DNA of 64,000 nt from a virus (IMGVR_UViG_3300020048_000103:1-64000); one strand, 5' to 3'; shown: positions 1-11,559, numbered from the stretch's first letter. Made by a program: numbers and translations. The notes: a model not told the origin generated them from the sequence alone.

Positions 1-1121
1 GTTGCACCACCTGCAGGAATATGTTTATTTCCATCAGTTACAGGGTGAACATAATTATTTGCTCCAGCGGCAATTCCATCTAATTTAGTTTTGTCAGCAC
101 CTGTCATAAGACCAGAGGCTCCAGCAGCAATAACATTACTTAATAATGCAGTTGCTTCAGCTCCTGTCAATGCAGATACACTTCCACTTGCTTTTCTACC
201 AACTAAAGTACTTAACCCTGGAGTAAGTACAGTATAAGTGCTTGCACCAGTACCAATAAGAATTGCATCTGCGCCAGTATAGGCTGCTTTTGGAATTGCA
301 TTAGTAGCTGTAGTTTGAGCTGCACTAATTGCTCCAATAGCCACACCAGAATCAGATATAATTTTTCCAGAAGTACCACTAAATATAGTAATGTTTCCAT
401 TAACTGCACTAACCGGTCCTGTAACTGCTCCATCAATGTTACTTTGAGAAACTGTTCAGTCAGCATCTACTTGACCTGATCCAGATCTTGCAACAATTGC
501 TGTAATCATATCGCCAATTTCACAAACAATACCTTTAAATGTGCCTGCTTCAGCTGCACGATACTGCCAACCTATACTATAAGTTGCTAAAGCATTAAAT
601 GCTGCAGGAGTAATGTCTCCACCAGTGGTTTTAATATTACCTTTAAATATTAAGGCCCCATTTAATGAAGATAAAAGTGTATCAACATAAGTTTTATTTG
701 TTCCATCAGTTCCAGCAACTGGGGATGTTGAAATAGTTACTTTATTGAAAGTTGCATTGTTAGCTTGTAAATCTATATATGCATCATCTGCATTATTCCT
801 AATTCCCATTTTAGTTGCAGATTCACCTTTGATCTTTGTATTATATCCTAAGGTTCCTCCTACATAAAAAGTTTGAGAAGTTGTTCCTACATCTGTGTTT
901 TGTGTATGCCCTGCAGCAATAGCTTGCCATTTAAGACCGGTTGCTGCAGTACTATCTGCAACTAGTTGTCAACCATTAGTTCCTGGAGCAAGTACAGTAG
1001 GTGCACCATCAACTCCTCCTCCAGATAATATAGATCCTTTTACAAGGTTTACATATCTTTCAGTAAATTCTACTCCAGAAGGGGCTACGTTTTGTGTAAA
1101 TAATAAATCGTATTGTGCCAT
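1..1121 (-). CDS. Tail fibre / virion protein, 3'-truncated by the window edge; TGA=Trp at 969-971 and 456-458
   Basis: ATG at 1121; one open frame to base 1 if TGA=Trp, absorbing track ORF 456..809; Gly/Ala/Thr-rich with the fibre-type motif ADKTKLDGIAAGANNYVHP. Confidence 0.8.
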
Positions 1122-1129
1122 AATTTTTT

Positions 1130-1396
1130 TTAATCGTTATAATAAAGTTGGAAAGGTATTTTAATCTGTTCTTTTGATTCTACCGCAATCTTTACAATAT
1201 TCATAATATCTTCTACTGTTAAAATTATCCCACAAAATAATCCACCGGATTCTGCAATTTCATTAATCTGAGTTCTAATATTTTCTACTTGTTTTAATTC
1301 TTCTTTTTCGAATTCTTTTAATAATTCTTCAGTTTGTTTAACTTTTTCAATTAATTCATTAACATCTGAAGCTAATTTTTTTGATTTACGAGCCAT
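1130..1396 (-). CDS. Hypothetical protein, 88 aa
   Basis: ORF track; tightly packed in the late operon; TAA stop. Confidence 0.75.
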   Translation of the reverse strand: MARKSKKLASDVNELIEKVKQTEELLKEFEKEELKQVENIRTQINEIAESGGLFCGIILTVEDIMNIVKIAVESKEQIKIPFQLYYND

Positions 1397-1400
1397 TTAT

Positions 1401-2213
1401 TTATGTTTGAAATAATAATGTTTTTTTTCATTTGGCATTGCCTGCCTCTCCACTTTGTACACAAACATATAAATAATCATCATCTAATGATAAATCCTTT
1501 ACTGTGCCTGCGTGTGTATTTGAATATCTTGGACCTGAGTTTATTCCAAAAACTTCATTAGCGAGTGCTTGACATTGATCCCTATAAGATTTAGCTTCTA
1601 ATTTATAGTTATTTGTTGTATTCTCTGCTAATTGAGCAGCAATTTTAGACTGCTCTGCTAATAATAATGAGTTTCCAATTGCTAAATTTGCATTTATTGC
1701 ATCATTTCTTGCTTGTTGAGCATATGTATTAGCAGTTTCTGTTAAATCTTTTGCAATTATAACTTGGTTTTTAAGATCTTCTGTTATAGGTATTATTTGA
1801 TTTGTTGAATCTTCTAAAATAATTATTCTTTCTAAAGAACTATTAATTCTTTCTAAATTCTCATCTATAAGTGTTTTTAAAAATTCTTCTTTTTCATCAA
1901 GATTATTTTGTACACCTTCTACTGCTGTATTAGTATTTGCTGATAGATTTGTAATTCTAGTATTTAAAGCATTAACCTCAGTATTTATTTTAGAGTCTAA
2001 AATATCTTGACCATAATTTAAACTAATTTTTACCTGTGAAATTTGATAATTTATATTAGTTTGTAAATAATCAACATCATTCTGTAAACTGGCAATATTA
2101 TTATCTAATTGCGAAGTTAATGAATGTATAGATGTATTTATTCTTTGGAAATTTTGATTTATTTTTCCTGCCTCAAAACCTCATATTGTGCTATCGTCTT
2201 TTATAATATCCAT
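1401..2213 (-). CDS. Coiled-coil virion/tail-associated protein, 270 aa, 2 TGA=Trp (missing from the ORF track)
   Basis: ATG 2213, TGA at 2181-2183 and 1428-1430, TAA 1401; the C-terminal DDDYLYVCVQSGEAGNAK(W)KKTLL resembles a tail-protein motif that normally has Trp there. Confidence 0.8.
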
Positions 2214-2230
2214 CAATATTGTTTTTAGAG

Positions 2231-2503
2231 TTACATTTCTCTAATATGAGGAGTTCTATTAACCTCATAGAAGTAAACTCTCATATAGTTTTTAATTCTT
2301 AATTCTTCATATACAAAATTTAAAAACTCTTCATCAGTATCAAATTCTCCAGATATTGTAGTTGGAATCATATAATTCGGAATACCAATTAATAATTGAT
2401 ATATAGAATTATCTTTTTTAACTTCCATGAATCCAACATATTCAGCACTATATAATGTTTTTATATAATCAAGAATCTTTTCCTTTAGCTCTAGGTTGCT
2501 CAT
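2231..2503 (-). CDS. Hypothetical protein, 90 aa
   Basis: ORF track; overlaps the terminase 3' end. Confidence 0.7.
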   Translation of the reverse strand: MSNLELKEKILDYIKTLYSAEYVGFMEVKKDNSIYQLLIGIPNYMIPTTISGEFDTDEEFLNFVYEELRIKNYMRVYFYEVNRTPHIREM

Positions 2504-4562
2504 ATATTTCTTCTCCTTCTTTCGGTATCTTACCGTAACGTTTATAACCTTGATTATTTTTATACCAGCCTATATCCTCAAACTTAGTTTTATTACTATC
2601 CATTGCTTCAGGTCTCCTTGCAGATAATTCTTCATCTCCTAATTCAGCATATCCCATTGCTGCAACAATATCAAATAACTTTTTCTTTTCATCAGAATAG
2701 TTTAACAATTGTTCTACCATTTCTCTAAAAGCTATAGTATAAGAATAATCTAGACAAAAGTCATATATCAATTCTCTATAATGGTCTATTGTTTTTATTG
2801 TTGCAGGAGCACCATACATATTTGAATTTCCTTTTGAGACATCAGGCATAGTGGCCCTAGGTCTTTTCATAAGCAAATTAATATATTTATGATCTCTGAA
2901 ATAAGTTAAAATAGCTGTTCGCGTAGATTCTAAAACTGCTTTAGAATTATAGTAAGTCAATAACTTGGCTGCATTTTCATAAGCCTCTCTTGGGTCTCTT
3001 GGCCTGTCTTTGTACATTGCTACGTACATAGGATCCGATTGTCCCAATACTCTTTTCTTAACCACTATACAGAAGTCAGATAATTTCTGTGCTTCAGCAC
3101 TTCCTTTAACTGCTGCAGAATCTGCAGTTCCAATATCAATGGAGTCAATTCCAGCAACATATAAGTTTTTATACTCAGTTCCATACTCTGAAATTATAGG
3201 ATGCTCTAAGATTAAAATATTTCCTTCATTAGTAGGTCTTCAATTTACCTTTCCAGTTCTATTACCAGTCAGTTTATCAATTTCTCAAACTAATGCTCCT
3301 AATTTAGGCTGCTCAACATCTTTATAAATATCAATATGTGCTAATTGTTCAGCTAACTCTTCTCTTGGAAACATATTGTCCCCTTGTTGAAGTAAAGCTT
3401 CTTCAATTGTAAAACAATATTCAGCTTTATAAATTAAAAGTAACTTAGGATCGTCTACTTTTCTTAATCGTTCTGCTTCATATCATTCCCTTGCTTTTTT
3501 AAGATTGCACCAACCTCTTTTGTCAACGAGTTTAGCAACCATCCTGTATGCCGGAATAAACATTGCAGTAAATATATACTGGCCATCTGGAGTGTAATTA
3601 TGTTTAAATTTTAATACGTTATAAGCATCTGGTTTTAATACGATATCTCTGATACCTTCTAATGATGGACCAGAGTCTCCTCCAGTTCCCCATACTATTC
3701 TAGTACCAACTCTATCACCTCCTAATACTGTAATCAAAGCTTCACCTTGAGTGTATTTCTTTTTTAGTATTTTATCAGAACCTGCCTCTTCAAATAAAAG
3801 TCTCTCTGTACGATCACCTCTTATCTTTTCTGCAGAATCTGCAACAATACCTTCTATCTCTGACATATGACCTTCTTCAGTACCATCTTTCTTTTTCTTA
3901 GAAGCTTTCTTATGCATGTCAGTATTTTTAACCATCCTCACACGCCTGAAAGCCCCTTCGCTTTCTACATTAAGCCAATCTAATTGACTCCATATTTTAG
4001 AAAGTAATGGTTTTAAATGCCTTTCAGAAAAGGCTGAAGCAACTACTCTGTAATTAGGTGTTGTTATATAAGGTCTTGCACATAATGAAGCCCCCATTTC
4101 TGAAAATCCTAAGGCTCGGGCTTTTAATAATCCTACATCTTTTCCAAGAATTTCACACATTTCTACATAGTGAAAATATTCATATTGGAATACTAAAAAT
4201 TTAGGAAAATTTAAAGACCTACCTGATGAAGCTCTTGCTCCATCTACTGATGTCTTAAGTCTATAAAAATTAAGTCAGAAGTAATTATCTCCTGTCAATC
4301 TATATCCATTCGATTCATAACCGTTAATACATCTGTTAAATCTTTCATCTCAGAATTCTCTATAAGCCTTAGTTCCGTATATAGTGTTGCTATATTTATT
4401 GTTTCTAAGCTTGCCAATAGCATCCTCTCTAAACCAATCTGGATTAAAATCTAATCCATCTGTATCATTTATAGGTCTATAGTGGGTTAATTCATAAGAT
4501 AAAGCAGGATCAAAATAGTCTATTGTCTCTCCTAATTTAACATCTCAATTTATCTTAGTCAT
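2448..4562 (-). CDS. terL: Terminase large subunit, about 704 aa, crAss-like; 6-7 TGA=Trp
   Basis: Track ORFs 3483..4160 and 2469..3065 are in frame with ATG 4562 once TGAs at 4545, 4350, 4275, 3483, 3285, 3240 (and 2469) are read as Trp; motifs LTGDNYF(W)LNFYRL, KARALGFSE, LLFEEAG, WGTGG, YVAGIDSID. The end is 2469 (TGA) or 2448 (TAG). Confidence 0.92.
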
Positions 4563-5130
4563 AATATCCAGCTTCTGCGTTACCTCTTAATCCAGTATCA
4601 GTCTCAAGTTCTTTTTTAACTTGATTTTCCAAATCTCTTAATCCTACTATAACATCTTTACAACCTTTAATTTCAGCTATTAAATCTTTAGTTTTATAAA
4701 TAGGTTTTCCATCTAATGGATTCCTTTCATTAACGTCTACAGAATTTAAATAGTATATTAAAGTTTCTACTGATGCCATAGCAGACTTTAAAAGTCTTAT
4801 TGATATGGAAGAATTTTGAAGTTCATCATATTTTTTACAAGCTGCTCTAAAAGTTTCATCATTGAATTCTTCTTGAGTTATTCCAGAGTCTTGTAAAGCT
4901 GCTGTATGTCTTTCCTGTTCTGGACTGTTGAAATAAGGACTTTCCCAATCTAAAGCTAAGTATATATAAGTATATTCTCTAAATGCTCTTTCTTTTAAAT
5001 GTCCTGTTTTATCAGTTTTTGTTTTGTTTCTTTCTGGATTTAGTAAAGCTTTATATTCTGTTACTACTAAAATCCCCTCATCATTAAGCTCTAAAGCTCC
5101 ACTCTCATTATTATATCTAAAAAATTTCAT
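4555..5130 (-). CDS. Conserved protein immediately upstream of terL (possible small terminase subunit)
   Basis: 191 aa, predicted helical, overlaps the terL start; function inferred from position only. Confidence 0.6.
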   Translation of the reverse strand: MKFFRYNNESGALELNDEGILVVTEYKALLNPERNKTKTDKTGHLKERAFREYTYIYLALDWESPYFNSPEQERHTAALQDSGITQEEFNDETFRAACKKYDELQNSSISIRLLKSAMASVETLIYYLNSVDVNERNPLDGKPIYKTKDLIAEIKGCKDVIVGLRDLENQVKKELETDTGLRGNAEAGYYD

Positions 5131-5504
5131 TATTTACCTCCGCAACCGCAAGAACAAACTTCTATAAATCCCCCTTTGGCTGATTTTTTAATACCTAAAT
5201 CACACCCGCAAGAGCATTTCTTCTTTTTCATAGACTTTAGCTTCTTAAGCTTTGCCCCCTTTGCAGCCATTTGCACTTCTGCATCTTTACTCAAACTGGC
5301 ATATTCTTGTCCAATACTTTGCCATTCTTCTTCAGATAAAGCTGCCGCCGCAGTTGTGATTTTTTCCATATCTTCTGGGCTGTTTTGGATAAGTTCTTTC
5401 CATTCTTCTAAACTTTCAACTGACCCATATTTTTCTGGATTTAATTGTGTTGAATATTTATATGCAAAATATGGAAATAATTCTTCTTGTTTTAATTCTT
5501 TCAT
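5130..5504 (-). CDS. Hypothetical protein with C-terminal CSCGC/CSCGCGG motifs
   Basis: ORF track; overlaps the next start by 1 nt. Confidence 0.7.
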   Translation of the reverse strand: MKELKQEELFPYFAYKYSTQLNPEKYGSVESLEEWKELIQNSPEDMEKITTAAAALSEEEWQSIGQEYASLSKDAEVQMAAKGAKLKKLKSMKKKKCSCGCDLGIKKSAKGGFIEVCSCGCGGK

Positions 5505-5515
5505 TATTTTAATTA

Positions 5516-5815
5516 TTATATAATTACTTGGGCTTTTGTAGGAGCAATAGTAGATTTTATTCTATATTTAAGTCCAATGTGACAGTCTGAAAAAGTCTGC
5601 AATCCTGCATCATTAATAGGAAATTCTGTTCCAGTTAAACTTATTCAATCTATTTCATTCATACTTCCTTGTAAAGAAGCTTCTCCAGTGCCATCTGCTC
5701 AAATTGCAACGGTGATTAAACTATCTAATTCTTCTTGCATAAACGCTGTTGAGTACCAAATGTCACCCACTTCTGAAAAATTATCAGCGCTTAATTCTAA
5801 TATTTTTAACCTCAT
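5516..5815 (-). CDS. Hypothetical virion-region protein, 99 aa, 2 TGA=Trp
   Basis: ATG 5815, TGA at 5699-5701 and 5645-5647, TAA 5516; fills the gap between neighbours exactly. Confidence 0.7.
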
Positions 5816-5825
5816 TTTAATATTG

Positions 5826-6656
5826 TTATAAATTTTCTCATTGTAAAAATACTCTTTCTCCAACAGTTATAGAACTTGCAGCATCCAAATGTAATAAGTC
5901 TTCATATAAAGTTGCATCATTTGCACTTACTATATAGATATTTGATAATTCTTGTTGTATTTCATATTGATATTGTTCTAATAACACAGAATGTGTTAAT
6001 GAATTTTCAGATTGCGTTACTATTAAGAAAGGCATATTAGGAGTATTGAATACAGTTCTCATCCTATTTATAAGAGTTATTAAATTCTGTTTATATACAG
6101 CAATAGCTCCAGATGTTTGTACGTCCGTACCTCCTTGATATCAAAGCATTCCTTTAACATTTAAAGTTTTGCTATAATTTTCTGCAAAAGTTTTTGCATT
6201 TAAAAAATTAGTTTCTAATTCTTGGGATAATTTTATTAATCCTTGTGGAAAAGAAGCATAGTCTGTATTCCAACTTCCTTTAGTATTTAAAGGATCTATA
6301 AGTAAAGGAGTTCCTCCTTTTGACCTTTTGACTATATAAATATTTTTATTTGCAAAATCAGAATACATCTTATAAAAAATTATATCAAATGCCCAGCTTG
6401 TAGTTGCGTTTCAATCTGCCCCAGTATTTAATCCTAATTGAAAGGTGTTGAATTGACTAGTAGAATTGTTCCAAATTTTTACCTTGTTAACAATTCCACT
6501 AGACAATCATGCAGGTGCTTCAGCAATAGGATTTCTACCATCAATATTAGATTGCCCCGCTGATATAAATACATCGAATGTATTTGACGTCGGAGGAGTT
6601 ACTGACCCTGTACCACCTTTAGAAATATTATTAAAAAACATTAATAATGGATTCAT
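5826..6656 (-). CDS. SGNH-family carbohydrate O-acetylesterase (SASA/DUF303, sialate O-acetylesterase-like), 276 aa, 4 TGA=Trp
   Basis: Joins track ORFs 6141..6368 and 5838..6062; motifs FISAGQSNIDG, GML(W)YQGGTD, EDLLHLDAAS; TGA at 6507, 6411, 6141, 5838. Confidence 0.85.
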
Positions 6657-6657
6657 A

Positions 6658-8037
6658 CTAAACTCTATTAAAAGTTAAAGCATTTGTTCCACTAAAATTA
6701 GAACACCTTCCATTAGCATCTAAAACTACTACTTTACACCATACTCCTGTAAGTGCAGATAATCCAGATGGTATTAAAACACTTGTTAATGTATTTCCTT
6801 TTACTACTACTTTATGAGTAGTTGTTCCGGTCATAAAATAAACATAAACCTCACTTGCTGTTCCAGAATCAACCGTATAAGAAAACTGAACTGCATCTCC
6901 TATTGTAAGATTTTGTCCCTGTGTTATATTAGTAAGAGTAAGATTAGAAATTACTGGGCCTTGACTTGGAATTACATGTGAATATACTTCACCTAAATAG
7001 CTAATAACTTCACCTAATTTAGTACTATCCAAAGCTATATTATAAAACATAGCATCGTAAAGATATTTTATTCTTCCAGCTTGTGCTCTAGTGGCATTAT
7101 AAATACTAAATAAATTAGTTAAAGTTAATCCAGCATTAGATGATGCTTGTGTTTTAACTAATGTTCCATCTATATAATATTCTAATGCAGTTGATGTTTG
7201 TATTAATGCATGAGTATGAACTCCTATAACACCTTTAGCCAAAGTTTCAGAACTTACAAGACTCATTAACACGTTATTAATATAACCTGTTACGGTATTA
7301 GTATATGGAGATAACATTTTAGATGATAAATTTGACATCAAGGTTACAGTAGCAGAACCATTAAAATTGCCATCAAAATGGCTTAAAAATACTACAGACC
7401 ATACTGTAGAATCTATAAATAATGTGGCTGTTTTATTTTCTGTTATTGCAACATTGTTAAAATCTATACTTTTGTTAACACTATTTAATACAGGTCTTGT
7501 TGCATCTGAAGTAGATGTTAATGAAAATGTAGCATTGAATGTACTAGTAATTTCAGATATTTTCTGAGTTATTTCATCAACTATTACGTTTTCATAATTA
7601 TATCTATTTACTAGATTTGCTTCATATGGAATATCAGGAGCTGGAGGAGTTGGAGGAGTATAAGTTCCTACCTTAACTATTGAAGTTGCAATAGTGCCAT
7701 CTGGTAATGTGCAAAATCATATATGATATATTCCATCACCATCAATATCGTTTCTATACATTAAATAATCTTCTGAAAAATTTAATGTATAAGCACTATC
7801 TACACTTATAATTAATTGATATAAAGTATAAGGTCTTGTTACATGTGCAGCACTAAATGTTATGTCGCTAGATTGAATATGTGAATTATATGAATTTACA
7901 CTAAAATCTAAAATTCCATTAAATGGAGTGTCCACACTTGCTATTAATGTTGTATATCCTTTTTCATCTAATTTATTAAAAACAGCTAGTAAACTAGCGT
8001 CACTTATTTGACTTATTGGTCGTACTTCTATTGCCAT
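6658..8037 (-). CDS. Virion protein, 459 aa, with Pro/Thr linker and probable LamG/concanavalin-like domain; 1 TGA=Trp
   Basis: Track ORFs 7717..8037 and 6658..7341 are one frame via the TGA at 7717-7719; YYIDG...AMFYNIALD pattern. Confidence 0.7.
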
Positions 8038-8038
8038 A

Positions 8039-8203
8039 TTATTCGTCTGTAAATATTATATTACTATCATCTACTTCACTTAGGAAAAATCCTTCAGTTG
8101 TAAGATATATACCATCGGGCAATTCACTAGAAGTCGGGCCTCCTATACTTATTTTTTTAGCAATGCTTATTGCACAACTTTTAACTACTGATATAGTTCC
8201 CAT
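8039..8203 (-). CDS. Small hypothetical protein, 54 aa (MGTISVVKSC...)
   Basis: ATG overlaps the upstream TAA; TAA abuts the next ATG. Confidence 0.6.
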   Translation of the reverse strand: MGTISVVKSCAISIAKKISIGGPTSSELPDGIYLTTEGFFLSEVDDSNIIFTDE

Positions 8204-8418
8204 TATAATTTAATTAAATCCTTAGTATTAAAAATAGATTCTTGAAGTTCTCCTGAAGTGGTAAATCATCTACATAGTATACCTTGAAAAAAATCTCCTT
8301 TTAAAGTCGGAGTATTTAGACTCTTAGTAACTTTTTTAACTACTCACATAGTTGGTTTATTGGGAATATCTTGTCGTATTGTTACAACATCCCCTGGTAA
8401 GAAAAATAATTTATCCAT
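8203..8418 (-). CDS. YodC/DUF2158-like small protein, 71 aa, 2 TGA=Trp
   Basis: PGDVVTIR...PTM(W)V...GILCR(W)FTTSGELQESIF; the family C-x-W-F motif uses TGA at 8266-8268. Confidence 0.75.
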
Positions 8419-8950
8419 TCATTCCAAACCTTTCTTTTAAATTTTTATTAGCAACTGCTATAATTCCTGTTTCATGAGTTACAAAATAACCCTGATTAAA
8501 AAATGGTAAAGGCACGACAGTTCTTTTATTATAAAATACATCATCATTTATTTTTAAATATTTAGTATCGGGGCCAACTTCTATGACCTTTCCACATACA
8601 ATTCCTTCATCTAATTTATCAAATTCTCCAGAATCTGGATTTTTAAATACTCCATTATATTCCACTATAATTCCATTTTGAACCATTTTCTTATAGGGGT
8701 TAATAGGATATGGAAGAATAATAATTTTATCAAACATTGGTAGGATTTCTAAATCCCTCAATTTTAATTCAAGTTCTTTTTGTTTAGCTTCTTCAGCTGC
8801 AATAAATAATTTTCCAGCTTCTTCCATATCTTTAATAGCTTTCTCTTTTTCTATTTGATCTTCTAATCCTTCTGGTAGAATTAAATTACTTTTTCCACCA
8901 CTTTTAATACCATAAAATTTACCAGTTTGTCTCTCTCTATCGTGACTCAT
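8411..8950 (-). CDS. groES: GroES/Cpn10-like co-chaperonin with N-terminal extension
   Basis: ILPMFDKIII...GKVIEVGPDTKYLKINDDVFY pattern of Cpn10. Confidence 0.7.
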   Translation of the reverse strand: MSHDRERQTGKFYGIKSGGKSNLILPEGLEDQIEKEKAIKDMEEAGKLFIAAEEAKQKELELKLRDLEILPMFDKIIILPYPINPYKKMVQNGIIVEYNGVFKNPDSGEFDKLDEGIVCGKVIEVGPDTKYLKINDDVFYNKRTVVPLPFFNQGYFVTHETGIIAVANKNLKERFGMNG

Positions 8951-8973
8951 AATTCATTTTCACTTTTAATTCA

Positions 8974-9246
8974 TTATCATTTTTTTCCTGGACATTGAGC
9001 TTCTTCAACTCTTGTTTTACTATTTAATATACACCCACAGCCGGATATATTTCCTGGCTCTTTTTCTATAGAAACTTTTTTAGTTACTGGGTGTATGTAT
9101 AATGATGGATCGCATATTGGTCCAAACAAATGCGTATCAAAATACAATTTACATTCTTTACAAATAGCCATTCTTTCAGCACTTAACTGTTCCTTTTTAT
9201 TTGTAATATTATTATAAGTTCCTTCTATTATCTGACTTAACGACAT
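8974..9246 (-). CDS. Cys-rich Zn-binding protein ending CPGKK(W)
   Basis: CxxC and GCGC motifs; TGA (8977) followed immediately by TAA (8974), matching the usual CPxxKW ending. Confidence 0.75.
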
Positions 9247-9332
9247 AATATAATTTTATTAATATTATTGAATATATCTAAATTATAAAATAGTGTAGGA
9301 CTAACACTACATTAATCCTACACTTTATTATA

Positions 9333-9695
9333 TTAGTCTAATAGACCAACGTTGGCTAATACAGCAGCTGCAATTTGCATAAATCCGTCAAAGATTGCTT
9401 TTTCTGTAAGGTCATCAATTCCTGGAATGTCTACCAATGAATCAATAAATTCTCCTAATTTAAGAAGAGCTGCTTGTTTATCTTTTTCTTCAAACAAATC
9501 TAACAAGATAGCTGCTATCTGTGATTTGTAAGGTTCTGGAACTTTTTCTCCAAAATTGTCATCTAATTGGTTAATGACAAGTTTAAATGCCATACCATCT
9601 ACTGCTTCGAGTATTGCCGGCAATTTAATTTTTCCATCCAACCATACTCCGGCTTCATCAGCCATTTTTTTAGTAATCAATCCTTTTTCTGCCAT
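9333..9695 (-). CDS. Hypothetical protein, 120 aa
   Basis: ORF track. Confidence 0.7.
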   Translation of the reverse strand: MAEKGLITKKMADEAGVWLDGKIKLPAILEAVDGMAFKLVINQLDDNFGEKVPEPYKSQIAAILLDLFEEKDKQAALLKLGEFIDSLVDIPGIDDLTEKAIFDGFMQIAAAVLANVGLLD

Positions 9696-9721
9696 GATTA
9701 TAAATTTTAATTTATTAATAA

Positions 9722-9919
9722 TTATTCTTTTGTAAGTTTAGTAAGTACACTGCCTGCTAAAAATGCAGTTCCTAAAATCCAACCTGGTATAGGCGGTGCT
9801 AAGGTAGCTAATAATATAGATGCAGTGCCTGTTCAAAATAAAGCGTCAGTTGCTATCCTAGCAGCTTTTGGGCTTTTTGCTTTCCATCTGTCCATAACTT
9901 CTTGAAGAAGGCTGGCCAT
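9722..9919 (-). CDS. Putative holin, 65 aa (possible upstream in-frame start at 9967), 1 TGA=Trp
   Basis: MASLLQEVMDRWKAKSPK then two hydrophobic segments; directly downstream of the endolysin; TGA at 9833-9835. Confidence 0.65.
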
Positions 9920-9988
9920 TGCTTCAATTGGAATGGTAATTTTACTGTTATTTTTGACGGGCTCCATGCGTTTACGTCTTTAATCGGG

Positions 9989-10600
9989 TTAGGTATTTTC
10001 ATTTAATTCAGCTAGTAAAGTATTATAGTATTTCACCCTATCTTCAAGTCCGTTTGTTCCACCGTTTATCTTTTTTGTTATTGCGAGAATATCTCCTTTA
10101 TCTGCTAATGCATTTAATTTATTAGTATCTCAATAAACTCCTGCTGATAAAGCTGCATAAGGAGCTTTACATAAAAGTTCTGGATTAGATACAAGATCTA
10201 TACTTAATTTAGATCCAATTTTTTTATAGTTATCCTTAAAAGTAACTTGGAAAATTCCTCTTCCCCTATACTTCCAGCCGTCTCCTTCTTCTGTATTCCC
10301 ATTCCTTTTTGCATATACTTTATTTGCAATTAGCTCTGGTTTACGTGCTAAAGTTTTAGCTTCCTCTGGTGTAATTCTTTTACTAAAAGTAGATAATAAT
10401 CCTTTTTCAGAATAGTTTAAATTTTCTTCAAATGTTTTAAATCCGCCAGTCTCATGTGCCGCATTTCCTAAAAATGCAGCTATTCTCTGGGGAGTATTTA
10501 TATTATACTTATTTAAAGTTAATATAATACTGTCGAAATGTATATCTAAGTTTTTAGAATCACATTTAGTTGCTTTTAATATTTGCTGTTTAGTAATCAT
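9989..10600 (-). CDS. Endolysin, glycoside hydrolase family 19 (chitinase/lysozyme-like), 203 aa, 1 TGA=Trp
   Basis: AAHETGGF, ENLNYS, YRGRGIFQVT; after TGA 10130-10132 it continues SAGVY(W)DTNKLNALAD...ITKKINGGTNGLEDR. Confidence 0.92.
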
Positions 10601-11559
10601 TAATAAATAACCTTTTCTTTAGTGTGTTTAAATTCTTGATGCTTTATTTGTTTCTTATAATAGACTAACATTCTTTCTACTTCGGCTTTTAAGTATTCAC
10701 ATTCATGAGTTTCTTCATTTCCGTCATGATCAAAATGTAATATATAAAGACCTTTTAAGAAAAGTTTAGGATTAGCTTTATTAACTAACCAATAATATAA
10801 AGATAGTTGTAATTGATAATGATTAAAATTACAATCATCTAAATTATTTAAAGGATAATGCATCTTTTCAGATTTCCTAGCCTTTGTATTAAAAAAAGAT
10901 TTCTTTTTAATTTCTTTATTTGTTTTGAAATCTACTATATAAACTCCTCCATCATGATCTACTATTAATAAGTCGACTTGCCCTGCAACTCTTAGAACTC
11001 CATCATCTGAAATTCTATAAAGTAAAATTTCCGGATATACATTTCCAGGAATTAATTCTTTGGCATCTCCAGAGAATTTAAATTTCCCTGGAATAATATC
11101 ATTTTTAAGGAAGTCTATAGATAAATCAGATTGAGCAATAATAGAATTTTCCATATTTTTATGAATTCTAGTTCCTCTAAAGCAAGATTTTTCTCTCTCG
11201 TCTTTATAGTACTGTCTTATATTCTCTGCCTCTTCTTCTAAATCATCTATATTTATTCCAAAATATTCAGTCCACTTATGGTCATATTTTTTAGTATCTA
11301 ATAAGTTTTGTTTTGCTTCTGAAGCTGGACCTCTTTTAGTTTTGCTAATCATTGGGCCATCAAATCTATTCTCAGTAGCAAGTTTCTGTAAAGCTTTATA
11401 TCTACTCCAAAATTCTTCATCAAATTCTTGTGCGAATTTATGAATTAAGGTAGTTACTGATATAAAGTTTTCCTTTGTAGTACTTGTAAAATACTTATGT
11501 TGATCATCATTGAAACAAACCATTCCATCAAAGGATTGTTTGTCTACTAACATTTCCAT
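10600..11559 (-). CDS. PD-(D/E)XK family exonuclease
   Basis: ISVTTLI, AGQVDLLI, IVDFKTNK, QLSLY motifs. Confidence 0.8.
   Translation of the reverse strand: MEMLVDKQSFDGMVCFNDDQHKYFTSTTKENFISVTTLIHKFAQEFDEEFWSRYKALQKLATENRFDGPMISKTKRGPASEAKQNLLDTKKYDHKWTEYFGINIDDLEEEAENIRQYYKDEREKSCFRGTRIHKNMENSIIAQSDLSIDFLKNDIIPGKFKFSGDAKELIPGNVYPEILLYRISDDGVLRVAGQVDLLIVDHDGGVYIVDFKTNKEIKKKSFFNTKARKSEKMHYPLNNLDDCNFNHYQLQLSLYYWLVNKANPKLFLKGLYILHFDHDGNEETHECEYLKAEVERMLVYYKKQIKHQEFKHTKEKVIY

Noticed and set aside
6658-6660. TAG-to-Gln recoding as well
   Set aside because: TAG codons (e.g. 6658, 14957, 63664) fall at gene boundaries; no CTA-anticodon tRNA seen
212-8213. Track ORFs 212..466, 895..1164, 3010..3327, 5176..5523, 6466..6678, 7367..7567 and 8016..8213
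   Set aside because: Shadow or off-frame ORFs overlapping the real recoded genes
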